From: an uncultured virus (IMG/VR IMGVR_UViG_3300045125_000130)
Lineage: Duplodnaviria > Heunggongvirae > Uroviricota > Caudoviricetes
Direction: 5' to 3' (one strand)
DNA: 64,000 nucleotides
Virus record (IMG/VR): IMGVR_UViG_3300045125_000130
The position numbers were made by a program, and so were the translations under genes. Positions 53,757 through 61,817 of the stretch are shown piece by piece (the first letter of the stretch is position 1; every line of letters begins with the position of its first letter). The notes under the pieces are model-generated. The model saw only the letters and a list, made by a program, of their open reading frames with translations. It was not told the DNA's origin and ran no database searches.

Positions 53757-54792
53757 CTATAGAACGATCAACAAAACTTAAATCATCTGCACCTTCCGAG
53801 AAAGCAATATGGTTCATATCCAAAGAATATGTCTTACGATCTATTAATTTTTGAAATTCTTGTTTGAACCAGTCAGATTGTCTCCTCATTTTCAATTATT
53901 CCCCAAGCACCAACCTGATTAATACATCGCCCTTGTTAACAATAAGGGTATTTACACCATTCATACGGATACCACGTTCAATGATATTCCAGTTTAACCA
54001 GTTTACCTTCTACCAGTAGTAGCACCAAACTCCTGTCCTGCACCTCTTGGATGCGGTTAAAAACGTCTCCCTGCGGGCTGGAACTGCTTGGCTCCTACAT
54101 ATGTGTCATAAGCCTTTACAACGCCATAAACGTTTCTTGCGTGACTTATGATTTAAAGCCGTTGTTTAACAAACCTCCTATACCACAATGGCTGCTGGTA
54201 ACATAAGGATAATCGCCCCAATCAATGTCCAAATCAAATGATTGAGCACCTTCTGCCAATATTCTAACTGGCTTGCCGGTATAGGAACTCCTGATACATA
54301 TCTGTTATATAAGATTGTAGAACAGGATCGGTTTCTGCTCTTAAACCTTTACGAGAGTATTTTGAAGAATAAGCGGGACCATTGCGGTTTTGGTTGTTCC
54401 AATACGTGTATCGCCGCTATCTTCCAGTCAAATGATCATCGGTAACAAGATGGACATTATTAGCTTCAATACCAACGACCAGCACCTTCTTGCCGAGACT
54501 GTCCACTCTAAATACTTGATTTCCTCGAGGGTAGATTTAGAGGTTTCTGCAACGCTACCGGGTCCAACAACGGAACGGACTCCATGAAATACTCCGGAAG
54601 GAACAAGATGGGTAACAAACTGCCTTCCATTCATGGTATGTGGTGTGACCTGCATTGCCACCACCATTAAATCTTCAACAATGGGTTATATTTCACGTTT
54701 AGCAAGTAGGGCCGTGAGATACTTTACCTTTACGCTTTATCACCGTGTGCTAAATCTATTACAACATCGATCTTAATATATTTGTGTTCCAT
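53757..54792 (-). CDS. purA: Adenylosuccinate synthetase (short type, ~345 aa, frameshifted)
   Basis: HGDxx[52 protein letters not shown]...NWLNW, VNKGDVL. Confidence 0.88.
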
Positions 54793-54836
54793 GCTGCACA
54801 AGAATACATGAAAGATTGGTAAATGTTTTAACTGTA

Positions 54837-54916
54837 TCGAGGTAGCAGGACTCGAACTTCTGCGCTTTCTTGTGCACCCCAAAACAAGTGCCACTTAGCC
54901 GCTAGGCGATACCTCG
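54837..54916 (-). tRNA. tRNA-Pro(UGG) (with apparent read errors)
   Basis: CGAGGTA/TACCTCG acceptor with A73; anticodon arm CTTGT-TTTGGGG..ACAAG; GTTCGAGTC T-loop. Confidence 0.8.
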
Positions 54917-55249
54917 TTATACATCCGAAAAAATAATGCAATACGTCAACTATACTTCTTACAAGATGTATAGAGTGACCCTAAGAGGCTAGCAAAAGTT
55001 CAAATTGAATAATAAAAATATCTTTTGGATCCACAACACACTTTGCTCAATCATGTTGCACCATTACCGGAACAATCGGGTTTTCGAACGCATTCTTTTG
55101 TTAGAATGTCTGCAATATTGCCTTGCGCTGCGGCAGCGGTTTCCTGCGGCGGTTGCTGCACCTTTAAGAGCTCTACTTGTATCACGCATAAGCAGCTTGT
55201 TTCTATCTAGGTCTGTGTCTCGGCATCACGTAACCTCTCTGCGGAGGTT

Positions 55250-55624
55250 GCGGCTTGATTAACGTTAGTTTGTATGTCAGCATTTGCCTTTTGAACATCT
55301 CGAGTTCTTATAGACATTCTTGTGGCATCGCCTTTCATAGTGTTAATGCCTTTTTCTACATTGAAAAATTTTTTCTACATATCAGAACTTTTTGTTCAAT
55401 ATTTTCTAAAGCAGAATCAGCTTCGCTTTCTCTTTCAGAACGAGAACCGGTACCTGTTCTAGCTGTCGAAGACGTTGCAGTTGTTTGACGACCACCGGTA
55501 GTTGAACTAGTTGTAGTTGCTCCACGGATTTACTTGCAGTAGATACTGTTGATATGGCTTCAATCTCTTTCAAATAGTTTCTAACAACTATAGAAACATA
55601 TTCTTTTAATAATGATTTGTTCAT
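55250..55624 (-). CDS. Hypothetical protein
   Basis: MNKSLLKEYVSIVVRNYLKE..., Thr/Ser-rich; TAATTA 6 nt upstream. Confidence 0.5.
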
Positions 55625-55648
55625 AACCATTAATTAGCTGGGTTATGT

Positions 55649-56910
55649 TCAAAACTGTTCTGTTTCCGTACTATCTTTCAATGCTACCGTTGAAGCTCCA
55701 TTTTGAACCGTATTCTGAACATAATCAAAATATCCTGTTCCTACAAAGCTTTGATGCTTAACTGCACGGAAACCTTCATCCTGCATTGCACAATTCTTCT
55801 TTGCTGCAATTCAGAGAAACCTAACATACCATTCTTCTTATATGCTTTACTTAACTCAAACATAGAAGTATTAAGGGAATGAAAACCGGCAAGAGTTATA
55901 ATTGAAACGATATCCCATAGCAGCTAACTCTTCTCGGAATGTCTGCATCTGACCACGATCCAAATATTTTGACCAATTAAAACTTGGGTGAGCAGTTATA
56001 AGCAAGTAGCTTACCTGGATACACCTTATGAATACCTCTGCAAAGGCTCTAGCAACCTCTAAATCGGTTTGCTTGTCTCCATCCATAAAAGGTCCAGCAT
56101 AAGGCGCATAAGCCAATCCACGGGCTATACAGCTCTCTAATCCATTACGGATACGATAGAAGCCTTCTGCTGTTCTCTCTCCTGTAAGGAACCGCTTATC
56201 ATTTTCATCATGATCGCTGGTAATAAGATTTGCAGCCTCTGCATCTGTTCTGGCAATAACAAGCGTTGGAACGTCTAATACGTCCGCCGCTAATCTTGCT
56301 GCAATAAGCTTCGCAATAGCTTCTCCGGTTGGAACAAGAACCTACCACCTAAATGACCACACTTCTTTGCGCTGGATAGTTGATCCTCAAAATGAACACC
56401 GGCAGCGCCGGCCTCAATCATCATCTTCATTAACTCATAAGCATTTAGATTGCCACCAAAGCCGGCTTCTGCATCGGCTACTATTGGTTGCATCCAATCC
56501 TTGCTATTATCCCCATTTACGCTATCAATCTGTTCACAACGTAAGAGGGCGTTATTAATCTTTTTACAACAGCAGGAACGCTATCGATTGGATAGAGAGA
56601 TTGATCTGGATACATTTGACCAGCGAGATTGCATCTGCTGCTACTTGCCAGCCGCTCAAATAGATGGCTTCTAATCCAGCAGCTACTTCTTGAATAGCTT
56701 GATTACCAGTTAAGGCACCAAGAGCAGCTACGTATGGTTGATTATTTAATCGGCGCCAAAGTTTATTTGCTCCAAGTCTGGCAAGGGAATGTTCTACAAT
56801 AACCTTACCACGAAGTTTTAAAACATCTTCGGCTGTATATGGACGCTTGATCCCGGTCCAACGTGGGTTCTCTTCCAATCTTTTTCTAACGTTTCTTTGT
56901 TATAAGTCAT
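55649..56910 (-). CDS. aceA: Isocitrate lyase
   Basis: [82 protein letters not shown] (catalytic KKCGH), [29 protein letters not shown]. Confidence 0.95.
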
Positions 56911-56916
56911 GGTGGT

Positions 56917-56945
56917 ATTATGCTACAACGAGATATATTTGTAAA
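56917..56945 (-). promoter_or_regulatory. sigma70-like promoter of aceA, leaderless
   Basis: TTTACA-N17-CATAAT-N6-ATG. Confidence 0.65.
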
Positions 56946-56977
56946 AGAAAACCCCAATGCGATTAAACATTGGGGTT
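56943..56977 (-). terminator. Intrinsic terminator after tRNA-Asn
   Basis: ACCCCAATG/CATTGGGGT stem followed by TTTCTTTT on the minus strand. Confidence 0.75.
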
Positions 56978-56981
56978 AAAA

Positions 56982-57101
56982 CTCCGACCTTGGACCCGAA
57001 CCAGGGACCATTCGGTTATCCTTGAGGTTTTTGGGTTTGCACCAACAGAACACGTATTCAACCTCCACAGCCGAAGGCTCTACCAACTGAGCTAAATCGG
57101 A
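56982..57101 (-). tRNA. tRNA-Asn(GUU) with a 48-nt insertion (57019-57066) inside the anticodon
   Basis: TCCGATT acceptor, G73, D-arm GCTCAGTTGGTAGAGC, anticodon arm TTCGG-CTGT[48 nt]TAA-CCGAA, T-arm CCTGG-TTCGGGT-CCA. Confidence 0.8.
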
Positions 57102-57169
57102 ATATAAACCCAGCATAATACTCATTACATTAAAATGTTCAAACCCATTAGTATTATGCGGGGTTATAA

Positions 57170-57489
57170 AATGATAGATACAAGTTCCATAAACAATAAA
57201 AGTAGGCTTGCTTGCTTAACGCTTCTATCTGCGTTCTCTTTCCCGAGAAGGGGCTTTGTCACCATTACTATCTAGAAAGGTATCTAAATCTTCACGGCTA
57301 GTCAGGTCGCTTCTGACCATCCCTAATCATCATGTTAGAGCTTAATATTAATATAACCGGCTTGGCAGACTTTTACCTCTGACTTTCTGTATTACCATTA
57401 TCACCGATAATACATACTTACGGCACCTTTATCCCATTGCCTTATCGGACCTCAAAGACGATGAACGGTCCATCGGATAGGATATCAAA
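57170..57489 (-). ncRNA. Candidate large structured ncRNA (~320 nt), family unknown
   Basis: ORF-free gap between two tRNAs with at least 8 short helices and 3-4 loop-to-distal complementarities (see findings). Confidence 0.6.
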
Positions 57490-57505
57490 TATTCAGTTTT
57501 CAAGA
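57490..57505 (-). promoter_or_regulatory. boxA-like antitermination element
   Basis: TCTTGAAAACTGAATA just 3' of tRNA-Ala, resembling the (T)CTTTGAAAACTGAAT boxA of bacterial rRNA spacers. Confidence 0.55.
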
Positions 57506-57512
57506 TACCAAG

Positions 57513-57585
57513 TGGACGAGATCGGGGACGATCCGACAACCCCCGGCTTGCAAAGCCGGTGCTCTCCCGATTGAGCTACTCGCCC
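57513..57585 (-). tRNA. tRNA-Ala(UGC)
   Basis: GGGCGAG/CTCGTCC acceptor with G3:U70 and A73; anticodon arm CCGGC-TTTGCAA-GCCGG; atypical T-loop ATCGTCC. Confidence 0.9.
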
Positions 57586-57601
57586 ATCACTTCACTCTCT
57601 A

Positions 57602-57630
57602 AATATAGTAGAGGAAGTTAAGTTTGTAAA
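57602..57630 (-). promoter_or_regulatory. sigma70-like promoter for the tRNA-Ala/ncRNA unit
   Basis: TTTACA-N17-TATATT. Confidence 0.65.
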
Positions 57631-57726
57631 CTATTTTTCAGTTAACCCAAACAGCCATTGCGGTTGTAAGAAAAACTGCAACACCAACAATAATCAACAT
57701 CATTCTATCTTCTATATTATATCCTT

Positions 57727-58581
57727 TCATTCCTCACCATTATCGACAAGCTTCTTAACATTCTTTCCGCCAGGAAGCCGAACCTTCTTGTTAAGACGCC
57801 GAGTATTACGCTGCTGCGTGTAATTGAAATGACGGAAAGCACTTTCTACTTCTTGAAACATCTTTTCTGCCTCATACTGCGTAGTAACACTACCAATCCG
57901 GCTACGATAAGTTTCAAGCTTTCCAGTTAGAACACCAACAGCCATTGCAATATCCATGATAGCCTGTGTATGCTGGGCACGCTTTGCTGCAATGAAATCG
58001 TTAACACTATCGGTATCAAGAGTAGCTCCTTTAATCTCTGCAACCTTACGGCGCTTTAGATCAAGCCAAGCATTTTCATACTGCTTGAATAGATACCGCA
58101 AAAGCTTATCATGCTCGGCATTACTGCCCCACGACGTTTTAACACCATGACGAAGAAATGCCTTGATATCACGCTCAATATAGGCATCGCCATTAGGAAC
58201 AAAATCAAAAATGGGACCGTTAAAGTTATCCGGATCCAAACGGTTTCCTGCGGTAAATGAAAGCACCGAATATCGGATGGTGTATGCAATATCACCGGAA
58301 CCTACATACCGACACGTGATCGGATTGCATGGCTGTCCCTGCCACCGAATAGGATTAAATGTCACGGTCTTTCCAGGCTGATCATTGATAACGTTATCCA
58401 AGATACTGGTAGAACCCCATCGATATAGACCACGACGGGAACGATACTTGTTTAGATACTCAATCTGTTCCAGGGCGGTCTTTGAGGTAAACTTATCTTC
58501 GGAACAAATGAAATTAAGAAGATCGCTGGAATTGATACTATATACAGACTTTGAACGGGGCATTTTCTTTTCTTTCTTCAC
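57727..58581 (-). CDS. Hypothetical protein (284 aa)
   Basis: Intact ORF; no recognised motif. Confidence 0.75.
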   Translation of the reverse strand: MKKEKKMPRSKSVYSINSSDLLNFICSEDKFTSKTALEQIEYLNKYRSRRGLYRWGSTSILDNVINDQPGKTVTFNPIRWQGQPCNPITCRYVGSGDIAYTIRYSVLSFTAGNRLDPDNFNGPIFDFVPNGDAYIERDIKAFLRHGVKTSWGSNAEHDKLLRYLFKQYENAWLDLKRRKVAEIKGATLDTDSVNDFIAAKRAQHTQAIMDIAMAVGVLTGKLETYRSRIGSVTTQYEAEKMFQEVESAFRHFNYTQQRNTRRLNKKVRLPGGKNVKKLVDNGEE

Positions 58582-58886
58582 TTAAGGGGGGAACAATAAC
58601 AACGGGGACTAAGGCGATGTGAAAGATGGATCCAACCACTCTTTTCATTGCAAAGAATATTCAACTGATATGAACCAGCAAGAGTGTCACCACTTATACC
58701 GCCAATTACGGTCTTATAATCAGGCTTTGCAAGTAGCATAAAAATGCTACCCTTTTCAATACGATGCCGGGGCTCTTGACCCGGAATAAAAGGGTTAAAT
58801 ACGTTATTATTAAGCCAACGGATATTATTACGTCGGTGCGTCTTTTGCTTAACCTCAACCAAATCGGTCTTTTGGCTATATAGCAT
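58578..58886 (-). CDS. Hypothetical protein
   Basis: Intact 102-aa ORF overlapping the next start. Confidence 0.6.
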   Translation of the reverse strand: MLYSQKTDLVEVKQKTHRRNNIRWLNNNVFNPFIPGQEPRHRIEKGSIFMLLAKPDYKTVIGGISGDTLAGSYQLNILCNEKSGWIHLSHRLSPRCYCSPLK

Positions 58887-59010
58887 AACGAATCCTGTAA
58901 GCTGATAAAGGCGTCCTACCTTCCAGAAACGCTTGCCGCCTGAATATGATCAACATGAGCCAATCGCCCACGTTGAGGAAAGTTTTTAGTGGTAGGACTA
59001 TCCATATGGA

Positions 59011-59157
59011 TCACCAGTTATCGGGATTGCGATATTCGTGCTTCTTTGCCTTCTCACGGCGGAAACGACGATCACGCATCGGTCCACCCTTGAGATTGAA
59101 AAGCATAAACTCCGTCACAGCGGAACGTCGCTTGGGCATGGTATTCTTCTTTGCCAT
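59011..59157 (-). CDS. Small basic hypothetical protein
   Basis: MAKKNTMPKRR...GGPMRDRRFRREK; leaderless promoter TTGAAA-N17-TATATT-N7-ATG at 59165-59193. Confidence 0.6.
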   Translation of the reverse strand: MAKKNTMPKRRSAVTEFMLFNLKGGPMRDRRFRREKAKKHEYRNPDNW

Positions 59158-59297
59158 AATAGTCAATATAACATATTGATGGAGATATTTCAACCAATCA
59201 TTTTATTCCTCAAAACCAAGCATAGAAACGGTTAAAAATGGATAAACAAATGAAAACCCAAACAAAACGTATCGATTGTCTTTTAGAACGTAAAAGC

Positions 59298-59328
59298 AAA
59301 AAACCTATCCAAGCTAAAGGATAGGTTA
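59298..59328 (-). terminator. Probable intrinsic terminator downstream of tRNA-Glu
   Basis: ACCTATCC/GGATAGGT stem followed by a T-run on the minus strand. Confidence 0.6.
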
Positions 59329-59362
59329 ATGCCATAAGGACTAATGAGAGGTAGTATAACAT

Positions 59363-59434
59363 TGACTCTACGGGAATCTGAATCCCGATAGCAAGAGTGA
59401 AAATCTTGAGTCCTAACCGTTAGACGATAGAGCC
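59363..59434 (-). tRNA. tRNA-Glu(UUC)
   Basis: GGCTCTA/TAGAGTC acceptor; anticodon arm CAAGA-TTTTCAC-TCTTG; promoter TTTACA-N17-TATATT at 59450-59478. Confidence 0.88.
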
Positions 59435-59478
59435 GTTGTTTATGTATTCAATATAGCAAAGGTGTTCTGGAATGTAAA

Positions 59479-59685
59479 CTATTTTTTTGCTGCCCACCAA
59501 ACTAATGCCCAATAAAGTATGGCAGAGCAACAACTCAATCCGGAAACAAAAAAAGTAATGGCGGCTGTATTATCTCCTTGAAGATATTGACTAACCGCCA
59601 TTACAAACTGAAACATCATCATTAATACGTTGATTGAAAGATTTAAGCCTGGATGCTTTAATATCTTTAACAACATATCCCGCAT
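59479..59685 (-). CDS. Small membrane protein, holin candidate
   Basis: 68 aa, two hydrophobic stretches, basic C-terminus (AAKK), MRDM possible dual start. Confidence 0.45.
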   Translation of the reverse strand: MRDMLLKILKHPGLNLSINVLMMMFQFVMAVSQYLQGDNTAAITFFVSGLSCCSAILYWALVWWAAKK

Positions 59686-59693
59686 GTATTTAA

Positions 59694-60338
59694 TTACTCA
59701 GGTAAACTCCAAAATTGATTTAAAGTTTCTCCGCATTCTATTGGTGTCCAACCTCTTCTTATAAGAGTATTTCTACGGAAATATCTGGCACCCCAATGAT
59801 CTATTCGAACATTACAAGGATTTTCCGGATTTGTTCTTAATAAGGTTCCAACGTGCTCATAAACTTGTCGGAAACCTTCTCGTCTGCTGGACCAAGGAAT
59901 TGTTGTTGTTTCTCTCCAACCTCTTGGTTCTCTTAAATCTGGACGCAAGTGAGCAACCCACCTGTGATTGTCTGTTCTATTAAGATTGAATGATAAAGGC
60001 GCATAGGCTCTCATAATGCCTAACGTTACTTCTCCTGTTCTACTTCTTGTGCGAAGGGCATGGTATATCATTGTGCAATCGTTTGTTCTTGTTTGAAAGC
60101 CGGCTTCGCTAATACAAATGCGAGCAAGAGCTAAATGAACATTTCTATTAACCGGGATTGGTTCTGGAACCGGGGCATCTAAACTTGGATCATAGCAAAC
60201 ATGTTCGCTGTTATCATAACATGTAACCGTTAATGGATCTGCTGGTGGCGTTACCGTTGCTACTTCATCACGATAACCTGTGGATGATCCACCTATTAAC
60301 ATTGATGTAGCTATTATAGCAAATATTAGTTTTCTCAT
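59694..60338 (-). CDS. Secreted cell-wall hydrolase candidate (SleB/Hydrolase_2-like)
   Basis: Signal-peptide-like N-terminus MRKLIFAIIATSMLIGG; LALARICISEAG resembles the SleB catalytic Glu helix; GGAG SD. Confidence 0.5.
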   Translation of the reverse strand: MRKLIFAIIATSMLIGGSSTGYRDEVATVTPPADPLTVTCYDNSEHVCYDPSLDAPVPEPIPVNRNVHLALARICISEAGFQTRTNDCTMIYHALRTRSRTGEVTLGIMRAYAPLSFNLNRTDNHRWVAHLRPDLREPRGWRETTTIPWSSRREGFRQVYEHVGTLLRTNPENPCNVRIDHWGARYFRRNTLIRRGWTPIECGETLNQFWSLPE

Positions 60339-60429
60339 ATTTTATCTCCTAAAAAGCAAAAAACAGGCTACTTTTTAGGGTTAGCCCGCTTTCAGCTATT
60401 TGTTGGTTCCTTTTAAGTATATCCCACGA

Positions 60430-61753
60430 TCACGTATTTGACTTTAGTGTAGGGAAGAATACTACATCCCGTAGATTTGGGACACCGAAAGAAGAGAATC
60501 AAACGATCAATGCCAACGCCACAACCACTCTGCGGAGGCATACCGTGCTCCATACATTCAAGATAATCTTCCTCAATCATCATGGCTTCATCATCACCAT
60601 TTGCTCGCTCCTGCATCTGCTGCTCAAGTAGCTGCCGCTGTAGGACGGGATCGGTAAGCTCTGTGTAGCACTTGACCACTTCCCAGCCTTCTACAATAAA
60701 CTGCCATTGCTGAACCGTATTAGGGTCATTGGGATGCCTTGCAGCCATTGGAGACATATGAGCCGGATAATCAGTCACAAATACCGGATCAATAAGCTTT
60801 GGACGAACTGCGGTCTTAAATAGCTGATCTGCTTCCTTTGCACTCATATCATCTGGATTACGTCCAGTATGTTCCTTGAATAGTTCACGATATTCTACAA
60901 CGGGTGCCTGTGCCCATCGATCAAGCTTTGAACGTGGTTCATCACCAATATCATCAAATCTTGACCACGTAGCCTTCCAAAGATAATAAAGCATATTCCG
61001 GAAAAGCTTCATATTGTCGCAATAATCCCAATATGCTGCATACCATTCAAGAGAAGTAAACTCTTGCAAATGGGATGGATCGATACCTTCATTACGAAAC
61101 TGCTTGCCAATCTCAAACACACGATCAAAACCAGCAACAGTCATACGCTTAAGATAAGTCTCTGGCGCAATACGAAGATAGAAATCTGCATCAAGAGCAT
61201 TATGGTGAGTAATGAATGGACGAGCCTGGGCGCCACTTGCTTGCGGCGTTAGGATTGGAGTTTCTACCTCCATAAACTGCTGTTCTTCTAGATAACTCCG
61301 AATAATACTAATAATCTTACTTCTGTTTCTGAATAGCTTGCGGCTCTCCGGATCTGTGGCACATTCCAGCCAACGCTTGCGCCTTACAAGCTCTGGATCG
61401 GTCATACCATGCCACTTGTCAGGGAAACCTACGGAAGCCTTTTGGAGCCTCTGGAAGCCCTTATTGACCAATACAGTCTTTTCTCCGGTAGAGGTAGTCC
61501 ATACTTCGCCAGTAACGGCAACAATATCTCCAATATGGGGAATAGCAGACCACTCCTTAAAGTTTGCTTCATCCATCATCTTCTTATTAAAAGCAAACTG
61601 GATCTTTGCATCGCTATTATCGGAAATATGACCGAAGGCTACACCACCCATTTTACGATAAGACAATACTCTGCCAATAACGTGAACTGGCTCACCGTCG
61701 TTATATTGGCGAATATGTCGAGCAAAAACCTGATCTTCTGTATTAGAAAACAT
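60430..61753 (-). CDS. lysS: Lysyl-tRNA synthetase (class II)
   Basis: OB-fold GRVLSYRKMGGVAF, FMEVETPIL, GAQARPFITHHNALD, YLRIAPETYLKR, FEIGKQFRNEGID.SHLQEFT.LE.Y, GMPPQSGCGVGIDRL. After one indel it ends NLRDVVFFPTLKSNT*. Confidence 0.95.
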
Positions 61754-61768
61754 ATATCCTAAAACGTT

Positions 61769-61794
61769 AAAACCTGCTATAAGCATAGCAGGGT
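61769..61794 (-). terminator. Hairpin terminator overlapping the putative lysS -10 box
   Basis: CCTGCTAT-GCTT-ATAGCAGG followed by TTTT on the minus strand; TATGCT lies within the hairpin. Confidence 0.5.
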
Positions 61795-61817
61795 CGGTTT
61801 AGAAAATAAACTTTTAT

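Noticed and set aside
54860..54890. Extra bases in the tRNA-Pro anticodon and T arms as a real insertion
   Set aside because: Only a few unstructured extra nucleotides in an error-prone stretch; cannot be told apart from read errors.
1..57000. Pervasive broken ORFs suggesting mass pseudogenisation
   Set aside because: Breaks hit essential genes (capsid, portal, tube) equally, are mostly 1-nt indels often at homopolymers, and largely vanish beyond ~57 kb. This is best explained as long-read error.
56982..57101. tRNA-His(GUG) with canonical 37/38 intron
   Set aside because: Possible by loop sequence alone, but the acceptor has U1-A72 and G73 (Asn-like) and lacks G-1/C73; kept only as an alternative.
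57170..57489. RNase P RNA or group I intron identity for the structured RNA
   Set aside because: Short look-alikes (GAAAGUC, GACUA, AGCAAG) are not in the required order, the P4 or P7 pairings cannot be formed at the expected positions, and no flanking exons are apparent.
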